A DNA stretch of 64,000 nucleotides. Origin: Actinomycetota bacterium. Its GTDB lineage: Bacteria > Actinomycetota > Acidimicrobiia > Acidimicrobiales > CAIXPF01. The stretch is from positions 4,175 through 68,174 of the forward strand of contig VGBO01000006.1 of NCBI GenBank assembly GCA_016870475.1. Reading direction: 5' to 3'. A program made the translations under genes and the position numbers. The first letter of the stretch is position 1. Each line of letters starts with the position of its first letter. This document shows positions 45,187-54,626 of this stretch, piece after piece. The notes below the pieces were generated by a model, which saw nothing but the letters and a program-made list of their open reading frames with translations, searched no databases and was not told the DNA's origin.

Positions 45187-45963
45187 TCAGGCGCTGACGC
45201 GGGTCGCGCCGGCGTCGACGGTGAGCACTTCGCCGGTGATGTAGGAGCCGGCATCGCTGACGAGCAGCAGCGCCGGTCCGACGAGTTCGGTCGGGTCGGC
45301 CACCCGGCCGAGCGGGATGACCTCGCTGCGGCGGGCGAGCTCGGCGTCGTCGAACGCCTTGGTCACCATGTCGGTGCGGAACGTCCCCGGCGAGATCGCG
45401 TTGACGCGCACACCGAGTGGGCCGAGGTCGAGGGCCATCGACCGGGTCGCCTGGGCGAGGGCAGCCTTGACGGGCGGGTAGTAGTACCGCTCCGGCGTGC
45501 CGATGTCCATGGCGATCGAGCAGATGTTCAGCACGGCCCCGTGACCGCCCCGCGCAAGGAGGTCCTTCGCCTCACGGACGAGCAACAACGGTCCGAAGAG
45601 ATTCGTCGTGAACGCGCCGACGAACGTGTCATGGGCGAGGGTGTCGAGCGAACGGTCGAGCACGGTCGCTGCGTTGTTGACCACGATGTCGAGACGACCG
45701 AATCGAGCGTCGACCGCCGCAACGAGCGCCCGGACGTCGTCGGGTTCCCCCATCCGGACGGCGACGGGCAGGGCCCGGCGGCCGAGCGTCTCGATCTCCG
45801 CGCACACTGCGGCGCAGGACTCGAGGTTGCGGCTCGCGACGACCACGTCGGCGCCGGCTTTCGCAAGGCCGATCGCCATGGCCCGGCCGAGGCCACGACT
45901 GCCTCCGGTGACGACCGCGACGCGGCCGGTCAGGTCGAAAAGGGCGGAGAGATCTACATGCAC
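45187..45963 (-). CDS. SDR family oxidoreductase
   Basis: 3' part of ORF 45187..47064, GTG 45963: RVAVVTGGSRGLGRAMA...NNAA...YYPPVKAAL...ISPGTFRTDM. Confidence 0.9.
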   Translation of the reverse strand: MHVDLSALFDLTGRVAVVTGGSRGLGRAMAIGLAKAGADVVVASRNLESCAAVCAEIETLGRRALPVAVRMGEPDDVRALVAAVDARFGRLDIVVNNAATVLDRSLDTLAHDTFVGAFTTNLFGPLLLVREAKDLLARGGHGAVLNICSIAMDIGTPERYYYPPVKAALAQATRSMALDLGPLGVRVNAISPGTFRTDMVTKAFDDAELARRSEVIPLGRVADPTELVGPALLLVSDAGSYITGEVLTVDAGATRVSA

Positions 45964-45990
45964 CCGGGCATCATGCCGCACCGTTCGGGC

Positions 45991-46701
45991 ATGCGCCGCT
46001 GCCCCTACGCTGCCGGTGTGCAGGATCCCGTCGTCGAGCAGCGTTTCGTCGAGGTTCCCGACGCCGAAGGGCCGGTCCGCTGGCGCATCGACGCAGGGTT
46101 CCTCACGTCGAACTGGACGTGCATCTGGGGGAAGGGCTGCCAGGGCATCCACGACACCCGCACCCCCGAGCGGGGTGAGGGGTGCTGTTCGGTCGGGGCG
46201 CACCTGGGCGACGACCCGGAGGAGGCGATGACGATCGCCGCGCTCGCCGACACCCTCGACCCGGCGCAGTTCGAGCTCGCTGCGGTCGCGTCGGCGGACG
46301 GAATCTTCGCCGACTCGACCCGCTCGGCGACCCGGGTCGTGGACGGGGCGTGCATCTTCCTCAACCGACCCGGTTTCGCCGGTGGCGAAGGATGCGCGCT
46401 GCACCTCGCTGCGGTCGAGGCCGGTGAGGACCCGCTCGACTGGAAGCCCGGCGTCTGCTGGCGACTCCCGCTCCGGCTCGTCGACGGCACCGACGCCGAC
46501 GGCACGCCGACCACGACCGTGCGCGCGTGGCGCCGTGACGATTGGGGCGAGGGTGGCCGGTCGATGGCGTGGTGGTGCACCGACACCCCCGACGCGTTCG
46601 CAGGTGACGAACCCGTCGTCGCCTCCCTCGAGGGTCCGCTGCGGCGGATCCTCGGCGACGCGACCTACGACCGGGTGCGGCAGCGGCTCAGCGAGCGCTG
46701 A
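45991..46701 (+). CDS. conserved Cys-rich hypothetical protein
   Basis: 3' part of ORF 45541..46701: FLTSNWTCIWGKGCQGIH...GEGCCSVGAHL...GACIFLNRPGFAGGEGCALH...KPGVCWRLPLRL. Start uncertain (ATG 45973, ATG 45991 or GTG 46018). Confidence 0.6.
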   Translation: MRRCPYAAGVQDPVVEQRFVEVPDAEGPVRWRIDAGFLTSNWTCIWGKGCQGIHDTRTPERGEGCCSVGAHLGDDPEEAMTIAALADTLDPAQFELAAVASADGIFADSTRSATRVVDGACIFLNRPGFAGGEGCALHLAAVEAGEDPLDWKPGVCWRLPLRLVDGTDADGTPTTTVRAWRRDDWGEGGRSMAWWCTDTPDAFAGDEPVVASLEGPLRRILGDATYDRVRQRLSER

Positions 46702-47842
46702 TCGCCACCGGGGTCTCGTCCGCGAGGCGCTGCACCGTCTTGTGGAAGTGCTGCAGCCCCGGCTCGTTGCGGCCGAACACGAACGTGTCCTGCGCACCGG
46801 CGAACAGGCCGGCCTGCGTCGCCCGGGCGACCGGCCAGTCCTCCTGCTGCACGGTGTCGAGCAGGATCTTCCAGTTCGTGTCCCACAGGCGGGTGTCGGA
46901 CTCCTGTCCCTGCGGGGCGAGGATCGACGTGTACCCCTTGCAGCGACCGGGGTCGTCCCCGTCGGGGAACATCGCCCAGCGCTCGAAGTGGGTCGACTGC
47001 CACACGAGGACCGTGTTCGGGAAGATCTGATAGACGGCGCCGACGTCACGCAGGAACCGGTCACCGACCGACTTCTCGCTGTCGTAGCGGCTGCGGACGA
47101 TCACCATCCGACCGTGCAGGCCGAACTGCTTGAACGGGCCGCAGTTCGAGCGGATGAACGGGCCGACCGTGTCGGAGTGCAGGAACCGCAGGTGGTAGGT
47201 CTCGAGGAACCCGTCGACAAGCAGCTTCCAGTTCGCCTGCTCGGCGATCTCGGTCTCCCGTTCGACCTGATAGCCGGCGAGCCCGAAGGAGGTGAGCTCG
47301 TCATCGAGCTCGGCGCCGAGGTGGGCGGCGACGTCGATGGACGCACCCGGGGTGAGGACCACCCACACCATCCCGTGGCGGACCTCACAGGGGAGTTCGG
47401 TGAGGCCGTACGCCGAACGGTCGACCCCGCGAAACCCGTCGTCGTTGGGGATGCCGGCGAGCGAGCCGTCGGGCTTGAAGGACCAGGCGTGGTAGATGCA
47501 GGTGAACCGGCGGGCGCAGCCCTCGTCCTCGAGGGCGAGCTTCGCGCCGCGGTGGCGGCACAGGTTGAAGAACGCCCGGACGCAGCCGTCCTCCTGGCGG
47601 ACGACGAGCACCGGGACGCCGGACTGGTCGTGGGTGACGAAGTCACCCGGGTTCGGGATCTTCGACTCGTGCGCGATCACGACCGGGACGGCGCGGAACA
47701 GCTCCCGTTCGCGGCGGGCGAAGTCGGGGTCGCCGTACACGCCGACCGGGTTGAGGTACTCCTCCTCGGCCATCGTCGTCGTCGACGTCTCGAGATAGTG
47801 GTCGATCTCCGCCTTGAGTCGGTCCTGCTCGGCCTGCCGCAT
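46688..47842 (-). CDS. Rieske [2Fe-2S] aromatic ring-hydroxylating oxygenase, alpha subunit
   Basis: Part of ORF 46688..47905. GGGGAGGGA precedes ATG 47842. Rieske motif: CRHRGAKL...CIYHAWSF. Catalytic domain: NWKLLVDGFLETYHLRFLH. Confidence 0.9.
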   Translation of the reverse strand: MRQAEQDRLKAEIDHYLETSTTTMAEEEYLNPVGVYGDPDFARRERELFRAVPVVIAHESKIPNPGDFVTHDQSGVPVLVVRQEDGCVRAFFNLCRHRGAKLALEDEGCARRFTCIYHAWSFKPDGSLAGIPNDDGFRGVDRSAYGLTELPCEVRHGMVWVVLTPGASIDVAAHLGAELDDELTSFGLAGYQVERETEIAEQANWKLLVDGFLETYHLRFLHSDTVGPFIRSNCGPFKQFGLHGRMVIVRSRYDSEKSVGDRFLRDVGAVYQIFPNTVLVWQSTHFERWAMFPDGDDPGRCKGYTSILAPQGQESDTRLWDTNWKILLDTVQQEDWPVARATQAGLFAGAQDTFVFGRNEPGLQHFHKTVQRLADETPVAISAR

Positions 47843-47928
47843 GGTCCCTCCCCTGCCCACGGTGGGTCCACGACGACCCATGCTGCGATCGTACCGGCGC
47901 GCCACCCTGTGGACGCCAGTACGGGTCC

Positions 47929-48864
47929 CTAGCCGTGCGCGCGTTCGGTGAGGAAGGCGTCGACGGCGTCCGCGAGCTCGACCGGGGCGTCGTAGGGGAG
48001 CATGTGCCCGGCGCCGGGGATGTCGACGTGCCGCACGTCGGCGAAACAGCCGACCCGACGTCGCACCTCACCCGTGTCCACGTCGACCCAGCCCTCGCTC
48101 TGCGCGGAACGGGACTGGGCGCTCCACCAGCGTTCCCACGCGGCGGCCCCCGTGACGACGAGAACCGGGCACCGGATGAGACCCCAGCGTTCCTCGATCG
48201 CCTCCCGGTCGAAGGTCGCCAACCAGTCGCGCGTCCGCGGGTCGAACTTCCACACGAGCGTGCCGTGGTCGGCGGCCCGGGTGCCGTGGTCGGCGAGGAG
48301 GTCGGCGGTGGCGGCGTCGAGACCGACGTGGGTGGCACGGAGACGGGCGGCGGCGGCGGCGACATCGGGGAGGAGCCGGTGTGCGGCGGCACTGCGGAGC
48401 ACGTCGACCCGGCCGCGGGCGGTGGTGCGCCGCTCCTCGGGGTTCGCCTCGCGCAACCGGACCGGCGGCCCGATCCCTTCGGCGACGACGAGCGCACGGA
48501 CGAGCTCCGGGTACAGACCCGCGAACTGCGACGCGATCTGACCGCCGAGGCTGTGCCCGACGACGACGGGTCGTCGACCGTCCGCGGCGAGGTCGAGGAG
48601 CTCGACGAGGGCGACGAGGTCGGCGACGAAGTGCAGCAGACCGTACGCGCCCGGATGATCCGACTCACCGTGGCCCCGCAGGTCGAGGGAACGGACGTGC
48701 CAGCGGTCGCGCAGGCGTTCGGCGACGGGGTGCATCGACCATGCGAGGTCGGCCATCCCGTGGAGCAGCAGCAGGTCGGGCGCACCGGCGAACGGTGCGC
48801 CGTAGTCGAGCGCGCCGAGCCGCAGCGCCGGCAGCTCGTAGTGGACCCGGACCGGCGGGTTCAC
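47929..48864 (-). CDS. alpha/beta hydrolase
   Basis: ORF 47929..48864. The GTG start overlaps the upstream stop as GTGA: LLLLHGMADLAWSM...DLRGHGESD...VVGHSLGG...GAGHMLPYD. Confidence 0.85.
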   Translation of the reverse strand: MNPPVRVHYELPALRLGALDYGAPFAGAPDLLLLHGMADLAWSMHPVAERLRDRWHVRSLDLRGHGESDHPGAYGLLHFVADLVALVELLDLAADGRRPVVVGHSLGGQIASQFAGLYPELVRALVVAEGIGPPVRLREANPEERRTTARGRVDVLRSAAAHRLLPDVAAAAARLRATHVGLDAATADLLADHGTRAADHGTLVWKFDPRTRDWLATFDREAIEERWGLIRCPVLVVTGAAAWERWWSAQSRSAQSEGWVDVDTGEVRRRVGCFADVRHVDIPGAGHMLPYDAPVELADAVDAFLTERAHG

Positions 48865-50279
48865 GACGAACTGCCTCCGGTAGCGGCCGCGCTGCGCGTC
48901 GGGAGCGGACGGCGGGCGCCGGCGATCACTGCGGCGACGAGGCCGGCCGCTGCGACCGTCGCGCCGAAGAGGTAGGTGCCGACGAAACGCTGCTGTGACG
49001 GATCGTCGCCGAGGACGACGAGCATGACCTGGATGCCGCTCACGATCCCGACGAACAACATCGTCTGGTTCATGCCGTTGGCCACACCGACGTCGGCCTC
49101 GTCGACGGAGTCGGCCACCATCGCGGCATACGCCGGCTGGCCGATGCCCGCCGAGATGCCCGAGAGGAGCAGGCCGCCGATCACGAACGCCACCCGCCCC
49201 GGTGCCGACCCGACGGCGAAGGAGAACATCGACGCGATCATGCAGCAGCCCGCGAGCATCATCGGCGTGCGCTCCCCGATGCGCGACGCGAGCGCCCCGC
49301 CGAGTGGGGACATCGCGGCGAACGCCCCGGGCCTCGGGGCCATGATCACGGCCACGGCGGAGACGGCGTAGCCGTAGACGTCACCGAGGAGCAGCGGGGT
49401 GACGACGAACCCGCCCATGTACGCGAACTGCGTGAGGCTGTTCGCGAGCATCGGTGCGGTGAATCGCCTGCGGCCGAAGTACTCGAGACGCAGCAGCGGG
49501 TAGGCGGCGCGACGTTCGGCGACGACGAAGGTGCCGATCGCCGCGGCTGCGGCGGCGAACTGGATCGGGCCGAGCGGGTCGGTGATGCCGTTGCGGGCAG
49601 CGGTGCCGACACCGAGCAGCACGAACAGGATGCCGAGCCCGAGCGAGACCGAACCGAGGACGTCGAGGGGGAGTCGTTCGCCGGGGGGCGACTCCCGGAC
49701 GACGGCGACCGCGACCACGAGGGCCGCGAGCGATGTCGCAGCGAAGACGAAGAACAGGGTGCGCCACCCGAGCACGTCGATGAGCGGTCCGCCGATGACG
49801 AGGCCGATGGCGGGCGCGCCGGTCGACGCGAACTGGAACCACCCCATCGCAGTCGCACGGCGTTGCGGGCCGTAGGCGCGCATCAGCAGCGCCATGCCCG
49901 CCGGCTGGACGAGCGCACCGCTGAGGCCGAACAACACGCGGAACACGAGGAGCGAGGTGGCGTCCCAGGCGAACGCGCACGCTGCCGTCGTCACGACCGA
50001 GGCGATCGAGCCGACGATGAACATCTTGCGGTGGCCGCGGATGTCGCCGAGCTTGCCGCCGAGCGGGGTGGCGACGGCCATCGTGAGCAGCACACCCGTC
50101 ACCGCCCAGCCGAGCGTCGTCCGGGTGGAGCCGAGTTCGGTGGCGAGCGTGCCGAGGGCGACGGTCACGATGGTCGTGAGGGACCCGAAGCCCATGACCG
50201 ACAGCATCACGGCGAAGAGGAGGCGCCGCCGGTAGGCCGCGTCGTCCTCGGCAGGGAGCGGGGAATCCGGGCCGGTCAC
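48861..50279 (-). CDS. MFS transporter (14-TM drug:H+ antiporter-like size)
   Basis: 3' half of the 922-aa ORF 48861..51629, GTG 50279. It is hydrophobic throughout and contains LGGKLGDIRGHRKMF (MFS motif A-like). Confidence 0.85.
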   Translation of the reverse strand: MTGPDSPLPAEDDAAYRRRLLFAVMLSVMGFGSLTTIVTVALGTLATELGSTRTTLGWAVTGVLLTMAVATPLGGKLGDIRGHRKMFIVGSIASVVTTAACAFAWDATSLLVFRVLFGLSGALVQPAGMALLMRAYGPQRRATAMGWFQFASTGAPAIGLVIGGPLIDVLGWRTLFFVFAATSLAALVVAVAVVRESPPGERLPLDVLGSVSLGLGILFVLLGVGTAARNGITDPLGPIQFAAAAAAIGTFVVAERRAAYPLLRLEYFGRRRFTAPMLANSLTQFAYMGGFVVTPLLLGDVYGYAVSAVAVIMAPRPGAFAAMSPLGGALASRIGERTPMMLAGCCMIASMFSFAVGSAPGRVAFVIGGLLLSGISAGIGQPAYAAMVADSVDEADVGVANGMNQTMLFVGIVSGIQVMLVVLGDDPSQQRFVGTYLFGATVAAAGLVAAVIAGARRPLPTRSAAATGGSSS

Positions 50280-50336
50280 GGCGGCAGCGTACCGACGGGA
50301 AACCTGCGCGTCCCCATGTCTGCTAGCAAATGCGAC

Positions 50337-51677
50337 ATGAGTCACACCGATCTCAACGGCATGCGGGCGCTCGACGGGGTCCGCGTCGTCGAGCTCTCCA
50401 TCGCCATCGCCGCACCGAGCGTGGCGCGCACGCTCGCCTTCCACGGTGCGGAGGTCCTGAAGATCGAGGCCCGCTCCAACCCCGACGTCGCCCGCCTGTT
50501 CGGGTCGGCGTGGGCGAGGGTCCCCGAGTTCCTCGAGGTGTTCACCGACACGAGCCCCTACGTGCCGGAGATGAGCGCCGGGAAACTCTCGGTCGGTCTC
50601 GAGCTCAAGCACCCCGAGGCGCTCGCCGCGCTGCACCGCATCATCGCGACCGCCGACGTGTTCATCACGAACTACTCGACGCCCGCGGTGCGAGGCCTCG
50701 GCCTCGGCTACGACGAGATGCGGGCGATCAAGCCCGACATCGTGTACGTCGCCATGCCGGGCTTCGGTTCCGACGAGTCGCTGCCCTACTACCCCTTCCT
50801 CGCCTGGGGACCGAACCAGGCGCCGCTCGTCGGGATGGACGAGCTCACCGGCTACGCCGACCAGGAGCCGGCCGGTGTCGCGTCGATCGCCCCGCCGGAC
50901 TACCTCGCCGGCAAGCACGGCATGCTCGGCGTGCTCGCCGCGCTCGACCATCGTGAGGCGACCGGCGACGGCGTTTTCGTCGACCTCTCGCAGTTCGAGA
51001 CCACGGTGTCGCTGCTCGGCCCGCACATCTTCGACTTCGAGCTCGCCGGCAACGTGGTCGGCCGCAGGGGGAACCGTGATCCCCGACAGGCACCGCAAGG
51101 GTGTTACCCCTGCGCCGGCGACGACCGCTGGGTGGCCGTCACCGTCGGCGACGACGACGCATGGGCGGCCCTCGGTGAGGTGTGCGACGAACCGTGGGTC
51201 ACCGACCCTCGGTTCGGGACGCTCGACGGCCGGATCGCCCACCACGACGAGATCGACGGCCTGCTCGGCGCGTGGACGGCCGGTCACGACGCCGCAGAGG
51301 TCGCCGCGTGGCTGCAGGCGGCCGGTGTCGCCGCCCACGCCGTGCTCGACCACGCCGGCCTGCTCGGCGACGACCAGATCCGTGCCCGCGCCTGGTACGC
51401 CGTGCGCGGCGGCGGTCGGTTCGAACTCGACCTGTTCGGGCGGGAACCGCTGCGGCTCACCGAGACCCCGGGCGACGTGCACCGGGCGGGCCCGTCGATG
51501 GGGCAGGACACCCGCGACGTCCTCACCCGGCTCGCCGGGCTCGACGACGCCGAGATCGACGTGATGATCGAGTCGGGAGCGGCGTTCGCTGCGACCGCGC
51601 CGGATCGGGTGCTGCAGCGCCCCTATCACCGCTACATCGACGTGATCACCCGGGTCGACCGGGGAGGACGGGCATGA
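50337..51677 (+). CDS. family III CoA-transferase (CaiB/BaiF), subunit/paralog 1
   Basis: 3' part of ORF 49863..51677: ALDGVRVVELSIAIAAPSVARTLAFHGAEVLKIEARS...GKLSVGLELK.... Start is ATG 50337; ATG 50316 is also possible. Confidence 0.85.
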   Translation: MSHTDLNGMRALDGVRVVELSIAIAAPSVARTLAFHGAEVLKIEARSNPDVARLFGSAWARVPEFLEVFTDTSPYVPEMSAGKLSVGLELKHPEALAALHRIIATADVFITNYSTPAVRGLGLGYDEMRAIKPDIVYVAMPGFGSDESLPYYPFLAWGPNQAPLVGMDELTGYADQEPAGVASIAPPDYLAGKHGMLGVLAALDHREATGDGVFVDLSQFETTVSLLGPHIFDFELAGNVVGRRGNRDPRQAPQGCYPCAGDDRWVAVTVGDDDAWAALGEVCDEPWVTDPRFGTLDGRIAHHDEIDGLLGAWTAGHDAAEVAAWLQAAGVAAHAVLDHAGLLGDDQIRARAWYAVRGGGRFELDLFGREPLRLTETPGDVHRAGPSMGQDTRDVLTRLAGLDDAEIDVMIESGAAFAATAPDRVLQRPYHRYIDVITRVDRGGRA

Positions 51678-52816
51678 CCACGACGAAGCGACCGATGGAG
51701 GGTGTGCGCATCCTCGACCTCGCCGGGATCAGCGGTGCGAACGGCACCCGGCTCCTCGGCGCGCTCGGCGCCGAGGTGATCGTCGCCGAACCGCCGAGCG
51801 GGCACACGATGCGGTCGTGGGGTCCGTTCGTCCCCGGATCCGCTGCGCCCGAGGGTTCGCTGTGGTGGGCGTACTTCGCGCAGGGGAAGAAGTCGGTCGT
51901 CGTCGCCGACCTCGACGCGCTGCGGGCGCTTGCGGCGACCTGCGACGTCGTCGTCGAGGATGCCGGGGTCGGTGTGCTCGACGAGGTCGCGGCGTCGATG
52001 GGCCCCGAGGTCATCTGGATCTCGGTCACCCCGTTCGGACGAACCGGGCCCCGAGCCCACTGGAGGGGTTCGGAACTCGTGGGCTGGGCGTCGTCCGGAC
52101 TGCTGCACACCTTCGGGTTCCCGGACCGGCCGCCGGTGATGCCGGCGACGCCAATCCAGTTCGGCCAACACGTGATCGCCCTCGACGTCGCGTTGTCGGC
52201 GCAGCTCGCGCTGCGGGTGCGCCGCCGCACCGGTCGTGGGCAACGTGTCGACCTGTCGCTGCAGGAATCCCTGCTGTTCGTCGGCCCGGAGACCGGTGCG
52301 CCGCTGTTCCTCGACGACCTCGTGCCGCGTTCGCGCCCCGGGAACCGTCGGGCGGTGAGCCGACCGTTCGGTCTGTACCCGTGCGCGGACGGGTTCGTGT
52401 CCGTCGTCGTCCTGCAACCCGCGCACTGGCGGGCGATGGCCGAATGGATCCGCGACGTCACCGGCGAGGACTCCCTCCTCGAGGAGGCGTTCTTCGACAT
52501 CGCCGTGCGGTGGGAGGCCGCCGAGTTCGTCGACGCGATGACCGAGGCGGTGACGATGTCGATGAGCAAGCTCGACCTGTTCATCGAGGGCCAGCGGCGC
52601 AACATCCCCATCACCCCGGTGAACACCGTCGCCGACCTGCGGAGCGACCCGCACCTGCAGGCCGCCGGCTTCTGGCGCACGCACGAGGTCCACGGCACCG
52701 ACGGCGTCGTCGGCCCGGGGGCACCGTTCCGGGTGTCGGCCGACTGGTGGTCGTTCTCGCGGGCGCCGCTGCTCGGGGAGCACACCGAGGCGGTGCTCGG
52801 CCCGCTGCGCGGCTGA
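51674..52816 (+). CDS. family III CoA-transferase (CaiB/BaiF), subunit/paralog 2
   Basis: ATGA overlap at 51674-51677, with GGGGAGGA upstream: MEGVRILDLAGISGANGTRLLGALGAEVIVAEPPSG...GKKSVVVADL.... Confidence 0.85.
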   Translation: MTTTKRPMEGVRILDLAGISGANGTRLLGALGAEVIVAEPPSGHTMRSWGPFVPGSAAPEGSLWWAYFAQGKKSVVVADLDALRALAATCDVVVEDAGVGVLDEVAASMGPEVIWISVTPFGRTGPRAHWRGSELVGWASSGLLHTFGFPDRPPVMPATPIQFGQHVIALDVALSAQLALRVRRRTGRGQRVDLSLQESLLFVGPETGAPLFLDDLVPRSRPGNRRAVSRPFGLYPCADGFVSVVVLQPAHWRAMAEWIRDVTGEDSLLEEAFFDIAVRWEAAEFVDAMTEAVTMSMSKLDLFIEGQRRNIPITPVNTVADLRSDPHLQAAGFWRTHEVHGTDGVVGPGAPFRVSADWWSFSRAPLLGEHTEAVLGPLRG

Positions 52817-52883
52817 CCGACTGGGGTACCATCTGGCGCATACGGCACCGGGTCGGGGGCCCGGCCGTGCACGAGGGGGCAAC

Positions 52884-54614
52884 GTGTACGACATCGTCAT
52901 CCGAGGCGGGACCATCGTCGACGGCACCGGCCGGGCCGCGTCCACCGGCGACGTCGCCGTGCAGGGCGGGCGGATCGTCGCCGTCGGCGCGGTCGACGGC
53001 ACCGGTCGTCGGGAGATCGACGCGGACGGTGCGCTCGTCACCCCGGGCTGGGTCGACATCCACACCCACTACGACGGCCAGGTCACCTGGGACGGGCTGA
53101 TCCAGCCGTCGTCCCAGCACGGCGTCACCTCCATCGTCATGGGCAACTGCGGTGTCGGGTTCGCGCCGGCCCGTCGCGGGGCCGCCGACCACGACTTCCT
53201 GATCTCGCTCATGGAGGGGGTCGAGGACATCCCCGGCTCGGCGTTGCACGAGGGCCTGCCGTGGGACTGGGAGTCCTTCCCCGAGTACCTCGACGCCGTC
53301 GACCGACGACCGCACGCGGTCGACATCGGGGCACAGATGCCGCACGCCGCGCTGCGGGCCTACGTGATGGGCGCGCGCGGCGCCGACCACGAGATCGACC
53401 CCACGCCCGCCGAGATCGCCGAGATGAGCCGGCTCACCGAGGAGGCGCTCCTCGCCGGGGCGATCGGGTTCGCGACGTCGCGGACGATCAACCACCGCAG
53501 CCGCACCGGCCAGAAGATCGGCTCGCTCACCGCGTCGACCGAGGAACTGCTCGGCATCGGTGAGGCGCTGCGCCGCGCCGGCCGGGGTGTGTTCCAGTTC
53601 GTCTCCGACCTCCGGGACGTCGAGTACGAGCTCGGTCTCATGGAGCGGATCGCCCGCGAATGCGGCCGCCCGCTGTCGGTGTCGCTCATCCAGGCCGACC
53701 CGCAGCCCGACAAGTGGCGGACCGTGCTCGACCACCTGGCGCGTGCCTCGGCGACGGGCGCCGACATGAAGGCGCAGGTCTGTGCCCGACCGGTCGGGCT
53801 GCTCATGACGCTGCAGGGTTCGATGAACCCCTTCATGCTGTGCCCCTCCTACCGGGAGATCGAGCACCTGCCGCTCGCCGACCGGGTGGCGCGCATGCAC
53901 GACCCGGAGGTCCGGGCCCGGATCCTGGCCGAGCACGGACACGACAAGGGGTCCGCGCTCGTGAAGGCCGCAGCGCGCGAGTTCAACAAGCTGTTCCGTC
54001 TCGGCGACCCGCCGGACTACGAGCAGCCCGAGGAGCAGTCGATCGGCGCGACGGCGGCCCGCATGGGAGTCGACCCGAAGGAGCTCGTCTACGACATCCT
54101 GCTCGAGCGGGGCGGCGAGGAGATGCTGTACTTCCCCGCCGGCAACTACTCGCGCTTCAACCTCGACGACGCCCGGGAGATGGTGCTGCACCCGCGCACG
54201 CTCTACGGGCTGTCCGACGGCGGTGCCCACGTCGGCGTGATCTGCGACGGCTCGTTCCCCACCTACAACCTGGTGCACTGGGTGCGCGACCGCACCCGCG
54301 GCGAGAAGATCCCCGTCGAGACGGTCGTGAAGGGGCAGACGCACGACACCGCTCGCCACGTCGGCTGGAACGACCGCGGCGTGCTCGCGCCCGGCTACAA
54401 GGCCGACGTGAACGTCATCGACCTCGACGGCATGCGGCTCCACCCGCCGCGCTTCACCTTCGACCTGCCCGCGGGCGGGCGTCGTCTGCTGCAGGACGTC
54501 GACGGCTACCGCATGACGATGTGCTCGGGCACAGTCACCTTCGTCGACGGCGAGCACACGGGCGAGCTGCCCGGCCGGCTCGTCCGCGGCGCGCAGGCGG
54601 TGCCGACGGCCTGA
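52884..54614 (+). CDS. N-acyl-D-amino-acid deacylase (D-aminoacylase) family amidohydrolase, copy 2
   Basis: ORF 52884..54614: IVIRGGTIVDGTG...[18 protein letters not shown]...[11 protein letters not shown]...GLSDGGAHVG. Collinear with copy 1 (28694..30433) and roughly 55-60% identical by eye. Confidence 0.9.
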   Translation: MYDIVIRGGTIVDGTGRAASTGDVAVQGGRIVAVGAVDGTGRREIDADGALVTPGWVDIHTHYDGQVTWDGLIQPSSQHGVTSIVMGNCGVGFAPARRGAADHDFLISLMEGVEDIPGSALHEGLPWDWESFPEYLDAVDRRPHAVDIGAQMPHAALRAYVMGARGADHEIDPTPAEIAEMSRLTEEALLAGAIGFATSRTINHRSRTGQKIGSLTASTEELLGIGEALRRAGRGVFQFVSDLRDVEYELGLMERIARECGRPLSVSLIQADPQPDKWRTVLDHLARASATGADMKAQVCARPVGLLMTLQGSMNPFMLCPSYREIEHLPLADRVARMHDPEVRARILAEHGHDKGSALVKAAAREFNKLFRLGDPPDYEQPEEQSIGATAARMGVDPKELVYDILLERGGEEMLYFPAGNYSRFNLDDAREMVLHPRTLYGLSDGGAHVGVICDGSFPTYNLVHWVRDRTRGEKIPVETVVKGQTHDTARHVGWNDRGVLAPGYKADVNVIDLDGMRLHPPRFTFDLPAGGRRLLQDVDGYRMTMCSGTVTFVDGEHTGELPGRLVRGAQAVPTA

Positions 54615-54626
54615 CGGTCGGCCTGC

